Source: Kudoa neothunni
Lineage: Eukaryota > Animalia > Cnidaria
Assembly (NCBI GenBank): GCA_964304625.1
Contig: OZ199839.1
Span: forward strand, 7,134,234-7,198,233
Length of the DNA stretch: 64,000 bases
Direction of reading: 5' to 3'
Position numbers and translations under genes: made by a program. Below are positions 1 to 13,442 of this stretch, piece by piece. How positions within the stretch are numbered: the first letter of the stretch is position 1; the number at the start of each line of letters is the position of its first letter. The notes under the pieces are model-generated. The model worked only from the letters and a program-made list of their open reading frames with translations. It had not been told where the DNA came from and did no database searches.

Positions 1-176
1 ACGCAATAACGAGACTTTTTGTATTAATAAATTTTTTTAAATTTTTTGTTAACAAATATTTTTACATTACAATAAGATAATAACAATTTGAAAAAACTAA
101 ATTTCTCTCTTTAAAGGATAACTTTAAAAATCTCTAATTACGCAATATCCAGTCACGCAATATCCAATCTCGACTG
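1..176. mobile_element. Right end of a pogo/Tigger-type TIR element truncated by the window edge
   Basis: Ends ...ATCTCGACTG followed by TA (reverse complement TA-CAGTCGAG, typical pogo/Tigger terminus). Subterminal ACGCAATA repeated 3 times. Confidence 0.5.
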
Positions 177-187
177 TAGTACAATTG

Positions 188-1248
188 GGTTAAAGTTCAG
201 TTCCTCCCCCTTTCGGCGTCCGCCGGTTACCCGCCATCGATACTAATCTGGTCACGTTTCATAACATATAAATCCAATAAAATCTAGTTTACTTTAGTTT
301 GATGTAATTAAACAAAATATATTAATTAAAAAAATATAATATGTATTATTTTAAACGTTAAAAAATTATAAAATAAGGTGTCAATTTATGTGCATAACAA
401 TATAATGTGATATAAGTTAATTTATGTTTTTATCATTAAATTTGAGAATTATATATAAACGAATATTTTGGATGGTATCGTAGATATTATTGATTAATTA
501 TGGATTTTATTTGTTATTTTTTAAAACAAATGATAGATAACGGTATAAAATCTAAAAGAAAATTAGATTTTAAAGATAAATCGTGTATTTTTTATATTTT
601 ACAACGTGTTCTTTTCTAAAAAATTTATAAACTAAAACAATATGTCGACTCATGATATTTGTATCTTAATATAATTTTAATAGTTTTTAGATGGATAAAA
701 ATCACATATCATGCCATTTCTTTTTTAATTGTATCCTAATGAGACTATGTTAATGTAAAATAATCTCTTTTAACTTAATTTTCGGAATATTTTGTTATTT
801 TATACAAAAACTTTAATTATTTCATAAATATATACATATAATCATTCTAAAAAATAATAGGTTAACACTTAACACTAATTAAAATAAACTTAATGCCGTA
901 ATTTACTAAAGATATTTATTCATTGACGATTGGAAAAAGACATAATTATATAGATTGTTACAATAAAATAAAATCTAAAAAATATAAATATGTTTAATTT
1001 TTCCTCAAAGTTTCATTGGACCTCCACAGGAACAAACCATTGATGTTAGTAGCAAGTCAAGTTGCTGGAAAAAAATAATTAAATTTTTAGGATGATCCTT
1101 GAAGTAACTTAAATCTTCAAAATTTGGGTTATCTAAATTTTCATAATTGAAGATTGCAGGAAGCATATGTAAAAAGCCGGGACCCCGATTAGTACCGATG
1201 GCGGGTAACCGGCGGACGCCGAAGGGGGGGAGGAACTGAACTTTAACC
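188..1248 (-). mobile_element. Non-autonomous Merlin (ISXO2/IS1595-like) element, internally deleted
   Basis: About 60-bp GC-rich TIRs starting GGTTAAAGTTCAGTTCCTCCCCC (188-250 vs 1186-1248). Minus-strand remnant LIIFFQQLDLLLTSMVCSCGGPMKL resembles the Merlin N-terminal zinc ribbon. No clear TSD. Confidence 0.7.
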
Positions 1249-2490
1249 AAAAGTTATAATAATTGAGACCTCGAAGATAAAACTGTTGCTTGTACATTCA
1301 ATATATAATTAAAACTAGGACTAAACAGAGTTTAAGATAGCTTTAATATTCCACACTAAATTTATTAAGAAGATTTTGTTATTAATATCTAACGATTAAT
1401 TTTTACAAGGATTCTGTAATATCTACAACTTAGCTCTATTCGATCCATAGTATGCTGAACGCATTTGAAAATCTCACTTAAACTACAGCGAACGCAAAAG
1501 GCACGTGGTACGGTGGTCGAATCGTGTAAACTAGTTTTACTACAGTATAAGGCATTTCCAATAGTTAAAAATACTCAGATGGCTATTAATTCAATTTATA
1601 AAAGCATTATTAGGTAAATTACGAATGTATGCTATCATTAAGCGCTCAAATCCATCATTAATTTTTAATGAAAAGTTAATTTGACAAAAATTTATTTTTG
1701 AGGAAATAAATAATCACTTTAAACATTGGTGAAATCAGTTCTGTAATATCTTAATTATTCTAGGAGATAATCGTTACCGTAAGAATAGCCACTGCCATTG
1801 TTTAAATTCATCAAAAATCTCTGTCGAAAAAATTTTATTCCGCAAAGATTAATGGAATATTCACCTTTAATATATTTTATTGGATTTTCCAAAAACTTTG
1901 GTATAACGATATTAGTCAAAATTTTCCGTGTCCTATTTATAAATATTTTAATTGATTGTTTTTAAATTTTGTTATCGGTAACACTTAAAGGGAAATTAAA
2001 TTTTGTCGCATTTAACATTTGAGCTATATCTATAATTTAATGGAACCTATACTTTAGGAATGATAACAAATATTTTATTAATACAAAAAAATATAATTTT
2101 ATTTAAAATCTTAACTAAGATCACATAATTTTTTAAAATTATCAATGTCAAGGAAGCCATATATCCTCTTGTCTTTTTTTTATTACAAATATTTAAATCG
2201 ACATTACGATGTGAAATAATATTTAGCCTAAAGCTCCATCATATTAATTAGAATGTATCGAATTTTAATCGTATTTCTTTAAATTTATTTTAGGAGTTAT
2301 AAATTACCATCCGCCAGAATCTTTTTTAGGATGAATTAATATTTCCGAGATTTTTGTATTGATGCTCCATTGAGTTCAAGTCGAACATCAATTCTTTATG
2401 TATATATATATATATATGAACTATAATCCGATCAAATTTTTGAGTTTCATATTGAACGGCAACTATCGTTTATTTCTTTTGCAAAATATA

Positions 2491-5408
2491 ATGAAAGGCG
2501 TCGTCTACCTTTTAGGAATTTGTACTTTCCTATCATGTATACACAAAAACTGCAGACAATATTACTAATAATATATAGCTTACTTTTCGCTTATATGCAC
2601 GCAAAGTGGTCAGGGTAATGTCCAAAGTACAGCAGTTACTGAAAACCCTTTAACTTACAAACTTGTGGAGGAGAGCAATCAATGGAAGGTTAATTTAATT
2701 CTAACTGGAAACGACTATTCTGTGGGGAAAAAGTGTTATATCAAAAAATCGAATGATGAAAGGACGAATCTTGTTGATATTAATGCATGTCCTGATAGTG
2801 TTCAAACAACAGAAAATGAAAAATGTGTTTGGGAATGTTCTAGAAATCAGAATAAATTAACATTTGACAAGTTTTCTCTGAAAACAAAGTATATTGCCGT
2901 TTTTACTGGCGCTGAAGCAACGGCCGCTGCGAATAAAAATAATGGTGGAGTCGTATTTGGATTGGAATTGCGTAATTAGAGCATCAAATATTTTTAGTAA
3001 ATTTCATTTAGAATTATTGGTCAATCCGAAAGTTACAATAACAAAAACCAACCAAAAACTAAAGTTTACCACAAAAACTTGTATACCGGTGAACTGTCCC
3101 ATATTTTACAAGGATGTGGAATATCAGAGAACATCTGATCAACGTTGTAATACAAACTGTGAAAGTGAAGTAGATTTTAATTTGATGATTCCACATTATG
3201 AAATGAAATGCGACAATTATCCTAGTTTCTTTTACAACCTGCAAAATAATTATACTCTACTAAACTTTGATGTTTATCAACCACAATATTACGTGGTCTA
3301 TAGTTCGAGTGGAACGTCGAAATATATGCTAACGTTTACAAACAAATTTCCCTTCGAAATGTGTCTTTTTAACATTAGAGATACGACAAAAACAATTACA
3401 ACGGATAGTAACGATGATTACACATCAAAATGTGGTCCAGCAAATAAAAAATGTTATGCACCTTGTAATAACGTAGAACTTGAATTCACTACCACCGAGT
3501 CTGTAGTAGAAATATTGATTCAAACCAGACATGTACCATTAGCCAAAAATGGTGAAACATATGCAGGATATACTCAGAAAAAATTTGGTAGTTCACGGAT
3601 ATTTTAACTTTGATAATCTTCTCATAGTTGTCACCGAAACCACTGCTCCTACCTTATTGTCAGCACATTCACCTACTGGTGTTACGCTAAATGTTCTGTT
3701 GTTTAAGCCAAATACGGAACCAAAATTTTCTAGTTGTATTGTAACTTATTATGAAGCAGACAAGCCTAAACCTACGGCTGAAGTAAAGGCAAGTTGTGAC
3801 GGAGCCAGTACGGAATGTGCAAATGAATGCACTGCTGCTCTAACAATTACAGGACTTTCTAGTGGAAAACCGTATATTCTTGAAATAGCAGCGGGCAATG
3901 AAAATGGTAATCTTAAAGACTTCAAAGAACATATATTCTTTCGTACAGGTAATATAATAGAAAAAAATATTTTTTAAAATATATAGCAAAGAATCCTGTT
4001 TCTAAATTTTCAACAACAAACCCAACAGTAAAGGACACAACCGCATCAATTAAAGCAATGGATGGAACTGAAGCAATTACATCTTCAGACAAAACATGTG
4101 CTTACTATATAAGCCCTCATAGAAAAGATGTATATGTGTGTGCAATGTGCGAAGATAGTTATCCCTGTAGGGGTTATTGCAAAGAGTCTCAAAAAATTAT
4201 AGGATTAATGCCTGGAACCGAATATGACCTAAAGGTAGTTGCACATGAGGAATATGGTGAAAAAAAACATAAAATTATAACGAGTATAGAAATAATTGAC
4301 CTCGAATTATATAATTAACTTTTTTTCAAGCTTTTTCAACGCTTACATTACAATCAGAATTTATAGAAAAAGGCTTCAAGGTGACAGGTGTACTGTCAAC
4401 ATCATATCCTACAGCTGTTTGTCATTATAAAATAAAAGTAAAGAAAGGGCAAGAATCTGAATTGGTCTATCAATGCCCGTCATCAGCTTCTACAACAAAG
4501 ACTGAGACACCTTCTGCTGTTTCTAAACCTTCTAAAATAGCGAGAGCTAGGTCAACCAATGGACAACAACCACAAGATACGCCGTCTTCAAATAAAAAAA
4601 CCGAAATCACTCCATGCACACAACCACCATTATGCACTGATATTATATTCAGTGAAGGATATGAAGCAAACAATGAATACGAAGTTTTGGTTACGGCTGT
4701 CGGTAAATCTGCAGAAACTACCATCCAAGTACCCATAAGTAATAAAACATCTAAATCTAAACTAATATCTTTCATATTTTAATTAAATTTTGGAAGATAT
4801 TAAAAATATGTACATTAGTTCTTGTTATATTAAATTTTAATTTAGACCCACAGTCTATCCCCACTAAGAATATCATCAAATTAACTGTGGTGTTTACAAG
4901 AGAGGAACAAAACATAATAATTAAAACTTCTCTTCCTACAGGCGTTGATGAAAAGTCGTTATGTAAATGGGAATTGAAAAATTGGGATGATCCATCCAAA
5001 CCTATCGTCCAAAAATGCATGGAAATTGGTGAGCAAGGTTGTCTATCTTTTCCATCATGCAAGGAATTTACAATTCCAAATGTGGATAATACCAACGATT
5101 ACCGTTTGATGTTATATCATAGTACAGATAGCAATATCACTGGTACTGTCGAAATCCAGAAAGGTAATTGAATAAATGTTGTTGGTCTTTATTTCTGATT
5201 TTTCTTTAGATGATGAGTCAAACAAATCCATGTAAAAGAAAATTGTGTAATTCTTTTTGATTTATTTTAGGTCTAAGAACACAATGTACTTATTTATGGA
5301 GATGTCTTGTTAATCAATTATTTTAGAATTATTGCTGTAGTAGTTCCGGTGCTCATCACTGTTGTGGGTGTAGGATTCTATTTCGGATATTGGAAAAATA
5401 AAAATTAG
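2491..5408 (+). CDS. Multi-exon type I membrane protein with about 7 Cys-containing FN3-like repeats
   Basis: Signal peptide MKGVVYLLGICTFLSSYFSLICTQ; ORFs 2665-5171 join in frame across short GT-AG introns; FN3-like strands ITGLSSGKPYILEIAA and IIGLMPGTEYDLKVVA; micro-exons 5210-5231 and 5271-5285; final exon 5327-5408 encodes TM IIAVVVPVLITVVGVGFYFGYW and tail KNKN-stop. Confidence 0.85.
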
Positions 5409-5641
5409 ATTTTTGTTTTTGAAAAACGCTTTTACAAATTAGTATTCGAGGTGGCAACAATTTTAATAACATAGATATTATATATTAGATTTCTTCATTA
5501 ATTATTTTTAAATACATAATTCTTTACTTTTCATATTTATTTTTTCAAAAATTGTATTTCTCTTTATTTTATATTATTTAGTAAGGGAAATTAATATTAT
5601 TTTTTCAATCAATCAATTAATCTTTTTATATAAAGTAGTGG

Positions 5642-6454
5642 TCTATATATATAAAGTTGTAGCGTCCGTGGCACTAATCCTCTCCTCATATAGAGAATTT
5701 CTTTATTATTTGAGACTATTTTTGTACTTTAAAAAAATACAAAATTACCTAAAAAAATATAACGGGGTTGTCTGATTGCCTATAAAGTGATGAATTGGGT
5801 AGTGCCAACTTTTTGTAGATAGATTAGCGCTGATGATAATGAGATTATAAACAGCATGTGATTTCCTAATGAGTTCAGTGATATGCGTAGATAACTCTAA
5901 TTTTCTGTATTTAAATACAACTTAAAATTTAAAAGTTGACCCTTTTCTACTTTTGAAACTCACTTAAGAACGATCTACAACATTTCGTATGTGCGTAGGC
6001 GGGGTTTCGGTGTAAACAAAGATTTATTGTTTAAACGGGAGATTAATAACACGTGAATAAATTATTTACTTTGCATGTCTGATTAAAAATATAGGGTTTT
6101 AAATATTTTTTTAGATATGCATAAAATGATGTTTATAACGTTATAATTAAATGGAACATTGTTAACAAACTTTTAGATTTATTAGTAGTTCATTGATGCC
6201 TTAGTTAAAGTGATTAATACGCCACATGAATTGTAAGAACTTATGATTCCTAAGTTAAGACGTAGTCCAATAAAGAAGAAAGTGAAGAAGATCCGGGTTA
6301 TTTCTGTTTATATCGAATAATCACTGTCGTCGTCAAAAGAACGATACCAATAGTTATAATTGACTTTGAACTTAAAATGACCTTGGCCTACTCAAGGTTT
6401 TAGTCTGCGTGGCCGGGTAAGGAAAGTCCACGCGAAGGGGGCTTTTTGCGCTAG
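5642..6454 (+). mobile_element. Non-autonomous Helitron-like element
   Basis: 5' TCTATATATATAAAG; 3' imperfect GC hairpin CGCGAAGGGGGCTTTTTGCG followed by CTAG then T. The 5' flank is G rather than the usual A. Confidence 0.5.
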
Positions 6455-7512
6455 TAGTATATAATGGAGGGTTAATGGATATAGGATCCGTTGACATTAT
6501 ACTTAAAATTATTTTAAACCTAACTAATACACTTTGCTATTATCTAAATCTCCAATTTATTTTATTTAAATCGTATTAACCCAAATATAAAATTTTGCTA
6601 AGTCGAATAAATTATATTTAAATTAACTTAAGTCGAAATTATTGTGCTTAAATTTATTTATATCACATTTACTATAGTTTAATTTATATAAAACAAAGAT
6701 CTTCTGTAGTTATATAAAGCTAATATAATCAATTTTTTTAAAGTTTACGAAGACGCCGAAAAACTCTGTCCAAAATTTTGCTCGCATATAATTTAAAACG
6801 TAAGTTTTAGCTTAGACTGCCCAACAAATTATTTATATATTCATCGAGTAAATAGGATATAAAAAACTACAACTAAGATGAGTTGGTAAAATAAGATCAA
6901 ACTTTTCAGATGCTAAAACTACTTTAAAATATATAATATGGAGTATTAATTCCGATTCTGAATTTAATACGAAAATTATCCTATTATTTATCTTAGGAAT
7001 TTAATTAAAAATAGATTTTAATATAATAAAGATATTTCTTCATTCATATATTTAAGGTCTTCCTTAAAAAACTTCAAGAATTGAGAGAAATGATTAATAA
7101 AAAAATAATATTATGCGTGTGCGCCCCGACTTTATTATTAACAAAATTTTTTTAAGAATTAAAAATTACATAAAGTAAAATTATTTGAAGATAAAAAATC
7201 AAATGTGCACTCAATAATATACAAATGTAGAGAGAAAAACATTTTAATTTAAGAGAATATGCGTATAAATTATAACCCATCATATATCAACTCATTTTAT
7301 AAACTGGAGCGTTTCTTACTAAGAAAATTCACTGAGATTACATTGCTATTTGAATTTGATCATTGAAACATATGGAAATAAGGAACCAAACAAAACTTTA
7401 AAAAATATTAATGGGACTATTAACAAAAAAAATATGCAGTACAGAGAGAATAATTTATAAAAATAATTCTAGAAATTAATCTAAGAGTTGAGCTATCTAC
7501 AGACGCTACACT

Positions 7513-10500
7513 CTAACTTGGAGGGATAAAGATTTCGAAAAATCCAACGAGAGTTTCAGCCCATTTGTTATTCGCCAAAAAATGGGTCATTTCTTCAATA
7601 TTATAGTTGGCAAGACTATGCAACGACAGAGGAATGGGGGAATTTTTGGGGGATGATTTGGGACTTTGTCATAAACGATAATTTCTTTACTATTTCTTTT
7701 AGTTCAGTGGATGCTTTCTTCTTTGAAGAGTTCCTAAGAGAAATGAATTTCCATAATTCGACAATTGACTGAATTTGCAATTGTAATACATTTTATTTTC
7801 GGCCGAATAAGAGCTGAATTCACAATCAAGATACTCTGATTCGACGGGATCTGGCCGATTGACCTTCAATGTAAGAAACAGATCCACCGACATTACTGGA
7901 GACATGCTCCAAATGAGAGATAATTGGGGAAAGTTTAACACTAGCTGAGCGATTTTGGTTTTGGACAAATAAATTTGTTGACAGATCGAAACATTTTATT
8001 TCGCAGACATTTGGTCGACCTAAAAGATAGATCAATTTAATTCAACAACATTCCATCTAAATCAACTTGTTGCTGTCAAATTCAATAAGTAGCATTGGTC
8101 GAGAAAAATATCTTGGTTAAAATTATGAGCTTGAATTGTACATACGTCCATCGTCTAAAGAAGCGACCAGATCGGTTAAACTTTTTTCTTTCAATCGCGG
8201 GTATCAGAGCAAATGATGTAATCGGCTATTTCCCAACTGTTTTGGTAATGATTTTGATACCAGTTTTATGAATAAGAAAAGGCAATTTTGCTGTTGAATT
8301 CACGCAGATCCACAACAATCTTTGATGGGGGCTGCCTAAAAATTATCAAATAACAATCAAAACGATTAGGATAATTAACGAAAAAAACATTAATTTCTTC
8401 AGATGCTTTTTTATCTATTGATTTAGCTGAGACTGAGTTGCTTGTCGGTCGCATGTCTGGTAACAATATCTGTTGACTTTTCATTACCAATTAAGGCAGT
8501 TTTTAATGGTGATTTTGAATTTGTAGTTTCAGGCAGCCAAACTCATTTGAACACTCTGGGCAGTGATTAGATTTGTTGATGGGCATTTGCGCCTTGTATT
8601 CGATCAGCATTTTGAACGCTTCGTTTTCGGTTTTTAATATCGATTTTGTACTTTTGAGCATCCGTGGATCCTTTCTGGATATAACATATACACACAAAAA
8701 AGTTAATTAGAAGGGCACATATTCTATAGAAATTCATACGAAAAAAATAAAACAATGAACATTATTCCAAATATTACCCGATAAATTTCCAGTTGTCGAA
8801 CAATCTCCAACTTCAAATCATACACTATAATATGAGTGGGTTTGTAATCGAGTGATAATTGTTGATCCAAATCCACACTGTCGTCAAAATGCATCACAGT
8901 GAAGTTAGGGTCGGAATCGGTGACTGTGGTTTCTGATTGTTTGGATTTGGCAGCATCGATCGTACGATAGAAATGTTTTAATGAGTCGGCGGTGGGGATG
9001 ACAAGTTTTCGACCGACTTGGGTTTGGTTGAGTTTATCTATACGTTTTTGTGAGGCCAATTTTTGATTGATCGCAAACAGTCCATATCTTCTATACAGCT
9101 GAATAGGATCTTGAATTAGAGTTTCGATTTGACTGATGCCGAATTCATTTTTGGTTAATATGAGTATTTTGGCGTTGTTTTGAGCTATACCAAGTAAGTT
9201 CGTTTCAAAATATTATTTTCGCCTCACTTTTCTTGATTGACTGACAAAGAGTGCATAATTTGAACCATCTAGGATGCAATGAATTGAGCCAGTCATAATT
9301 GGAGTCTTCGTTGTAGGTTTTAAACATGAGACAATTCATAAAAGAAATGACTCGTCGATAGGATTCATCGAAAAGTGTCGTGGACGGTTCAGCCAGAATC
9401 CAAAAAGAAGAGGTAGGTTTGAAACTACTTCGTCCCATACTATTCACAAAAATTTCACCTAAAATCCCTCTCAACATCGGAAACATCTTACAGCAATCAG
9501 AGATTACTGTCGGTAGCTTTATTTAGCTGGAGTTCTTGATGAAATAAATTGATTTTTTGCAGGAAGGTAACACAATCAAGTTTGGTGAGGTCGTCCAGCA
9601 ACTCACACAGAAACTTCACATCATACAACAACGTTTTCGACCTTCCATTTAGCAAATGCCAAAGTGGATCAAAAACTGTTTTGAATAAGAACAAATAACG
9701 ATAGGTCAAGTAGGTTTGAACATCGAACATATTCCTACACCAATATAAGCTTGCTACAACGCCTAACAACCCTCTCACATTGGTGTATCCAAAGGCATTT
9801 TAATGTTAGTTTTCAAGTCATTTAAACATATTCTCAATAGGCTGAAAATCGTGCTTTGAATGGTGGTGGATGACGAATCCAACTTAACTAACACTTCCTT
9901 CACTTCGACTGCATTTCTAAACGCCCAAAATTGTAAATTCTACTATATGCAAGTATTTATAGACTTTTCTAACGATTCTTTTACCGTCATATGAAAACGC
10001 GGGTACAACAAAATTTTGTCGAGCAATAAATTATTCATAACTTTGGCCGGCTTGCAAAACCCAACAAAAAACCCTCCTGGATAATTCGAAAACGCCTTTA
10101 AAAACCCCTCACTATTCATCTCACGATACAATCGCACCACAAATGCCTCCTTCGAACAACTGTCCAATTTGTGCGCTTTCATTACAATGATTCCAGTGAT
10201 TTTCTCGGTTGGAATGCGTTGAACCAGCATATCATAGATTAGCATCTGCGACGGCATAAAAACCACTCCCCCATTGTAGTAGAGAGTTTCTCGTTTGTTG
10301 GCGTTGGCAACATCTCGTAATAGATTCACCTCACATGGCATTTTCAAATTTTTCACATAATTCTTAACACAAACTTCTTGTTTTGGACTGCAGTTTACCA
10401 CAACTACCAAACAGCTTGGATGGGAGTATGTGTGCACTAGTGCTGCCAGCAACCTCATACAACTCATGCCCTTCCCCAACACAACCAATGTGTTATCAGC

Positions 10501-10563
10501 CAAAAGCTCCATGCAAATATTCCGCTCATAGCTAAGCAAATTTAATTTGGTTTCTTCCGTCAT
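7513..10563 (-). CDS. ERCC4: DNA repair endonuclease XPF (multi-exon; 3' part carries +1 indels)
   Basis: LLSYERNICMELL; EAFVVRLYREMNSEGFLKAFS; LYPRFH; VRQLEIYR; IVVDLREFNS; after removing single extra bases ADYII...IERKSLTDLVASLDDGRMYNQ, the ERK nuclease motif. Confidence 0.95.
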
Positions 10564-11568
10564 TTTTTGGGCTATATAATTGTGTTGTAGAGTCGGTGTA
10601 AGTCCTCAAAAAGTGATTTGCGTGTAATGAGATAGTCTATAAAGTATGCGCGCGCGTGCTATACGATTTAAGATATGATTTTGACTACATTGAACACAAT
10701 TTTTAATTTAAAAATTATAAGTGAACTAAACATGAAGTTATATTAGAATTTTAATGTTTAATTTTGTCTTTAAGTCTGGTGAGCATCAATTTATTTATTT
10801 ATTTATTCAATAAAATTTGAGTGTTGTATTAATTATAATTTTAAAATGAGTCATTGAAATAAACTGATTATGTTTTAATTGTTATAATATCTTATTAATT
10901 TTTTCATAATTATAGCTAGAATTTACATTTAGATTTGAAATATGATACTTATTATATTTCAAAATTTAAAACCTGTAAAATAGCTGATAATCAAGATTTT
11001 TCTGGAAAAAATCAATTTTTTAAATATTTTTGACTTTTTGAGAACTTAAAATATTAATAAGATCAATAAATTCAGTCAAAAGCTTTATAAATTTTGCAGG
11101 TTAGATAATTATTTTTAATTATTTGTGTAAGAAGCGTTATTGTAAAAATTGCCATCTATTTTAAATTAAATTATAAAAGTATGGGAGTCTCTTATAATTT
11201 TATTATTGTAATTTTAATATATAATTTATTGGATTATGAAGGAAATGAATAAATATATTAAATTTTTTCGAACAAATATTTAATTCTATAGTATAATCGC
11301 AGTTATTATTTCAAATTTAGTTATAACTTAAGTACTTATCGTATGGATAATTGGAAACTGATTGATCAAAAATTTTAATCTATCAGTAGAAAAGAAATGC
11401 CAATAATTGATATTATGTTCAATATTATTCTATTGGTTAAAACAGGGGTTTTCAACCGGATGTAAATTTTGGACAACAGGAAGTAAATTAAGTGACATTA
11501 AAATCGGATACAGGAAATTTTTGCATAGTGCGGTTTGTTAATTACTCAAAACGATGTCTAAGGAGATA

Positions 11569-11971
11569 CAGTGCAACCTCGAACTTCGACCTTAATCCGT
11601 TCTAGAAGTGTGTTCGAACTCCGAGTAATTTTTTCCCGTGCAAAACAATAAAAATTAGTTCAATCCGTACCGCTCTCAACTAAATGATTATTTTTATTAT
11701 TATTTATGAAAAAATATACATACCTTATGTTTATAAAATATAACAAATATAATAATAAAAATGAAATATATGATAAATAATTTTTGGTTGTCGCACAATA
11801 GATTTTAAAGGTTTATTTTCCGATGACGTTCGCATAATTTGATTGAGCGAATCTTCACCTAGAATTTATTTTCTTCTCTGCTTTTTGCTCCAACTGGATT
11901 TGTTTTGAAGACCCTTTCTATATTGGTTCGAACTTAACAGTGTTTCTGACTCAACATTTTTGGTCGAACTG
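11569..11971. mobile_element. pogo/Tigger-type MITE, copy 1
   Basis: Starts TA-CAGTGCAACCTCG; both ends align in reverse orientation with 32146-32429. Confidence 0.65.
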
Positions 11972-13031
11972 TATATAATTCAGGGATCTTAAACTCAATT
12001 GAGACGTTGACAGGAATGCTTCAAATTTTTTTGTAATAAGTATTAAACAATTGTTTGTAAAATTAGAATCATTCTCTTTCTCTAAGCTTCGTTTATATTT
12101 TCGAGGTTTAATTTAATAAGTACTCGAATGGTTATTTGCTTGGTATATAATATTCAGACGTCATTTATTTTGACTGTACTAATTATTTCTGGCCATTAGG
12201 AGTGAAGGCATGGACTGAAAATAATTATAACAAAATATAAAAAATTATATCTTTGTACCACCTATAAGTAACAGTTTCTGGACTTGGGAAATTACTGTAC
12301 GCATGCCACACGCAATATTAAATTAGGGTCTCAAAATACGTCCTGTCTTAGCTAAACAAGAATAAAACCTCATATTAGATACGGACTTTCATTCGAATTA
12401 AAGGGGGTAAATTTATAAAACGGCCGAAAACGCTTGAGTTAAAACATTGTTGTTAATGCTACGAGAAAAAAGAGAATTTTATACATGTATGTTTTTATAC
12501 AAATAAATGTGTAAATTAATGAACTGATTGGAATTTCTCTAAAGTTTATAATATTTTATTGATCTTTTAGATCACATAGTAAATAATCGAGCCTCTAGAA
12601 TTATGGTCATACTATAGTTTTGTTATTAATTGTATTTATTTGTAAGATATAGATAACATTTGTTACTACATGAATTTCTATATTAAAAATAATAATTCTT
12701 AAATCAATGTATGATAATAAATTAAATAAAAGAGTTGAATAATCGGATGGATAACTTTTTTTATTCTCGACATAAACCTCCTTAAATTGTTTGTATGAAT
12801 ACTTAGGTAAATAAAAGATTCAAATTATCAATGATATTATTTGGGTGAATTGAAAACTTGTGTAACGTCTGCTTTCATCGTTTTGATTATTCAATGAATC
12901 TTACAGGTTTCACATGGTCAATATAATAGATCGACGGAAAATGAATTATTTTGAGCATCAATAAACTATTCATTATACAATGAATAGTTCTTTCATACCA
13001 GTTAATTAATTTGTATAAAGTTGAATAAAAT

Positions 13032-13395
13032 TAATGATAAATAAATTCGAATAAATGTAGCAAACAGTTGCTCCAGTTGTAAACGCAAACAGTCAAAGCT
13101 CTTCCTTCCGTGTCCCTGACAAATACGATAACTCCCAGACGATAGAGCAAAGCTAATGTGAAATGAAAAAATCAATCAATCAATTGGTTGGATATGACTG
13201 TGAATATTACAAAAGCATGGCGAGGAAACTGTTGCCTAGTGAAATGGTCATTGGCATTTTCCTAGCATCCGAAATATTCCAGCAAATTCTCCTTGTTAGA
13301 TTTAAATACGATCAACCTCAAACTAATGTTTTTATTGTTGATAACAAAGGTTGATTAGATCTGGTGAGAGCGTTTTTGCGCAAAAATACGATCAT
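13032..13395 (-). CDS. Candidate small spliced gene, possibly a mitochondrial membrane protein
   Basis: ATG 13395 MIVFLRKNALTRSNQPLLSTIKTL; two putative short introns; GC-richer exons with hydrophobic LGVIVFV; needs about 2-3 indel corrections; no recognised family. Confidence 0.3.
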
Positions 13396-13442
13396 TTTTA
13401 ACTGGAGTCAATAATTTTGCTCCAAATAATTGAAAATCCAAT

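Noticed and set aside
4470-5095. Minus-strand ORFs of 101 and 107 aa
   Set aside because: Antisense shadows of exons of the FN3-like gene.
6418-6432. AGGAAAGTCC resembling the RNase P P4 motif
   Set aside because: No partner P4 strand seen; lies in the Helitron-like 3' end.
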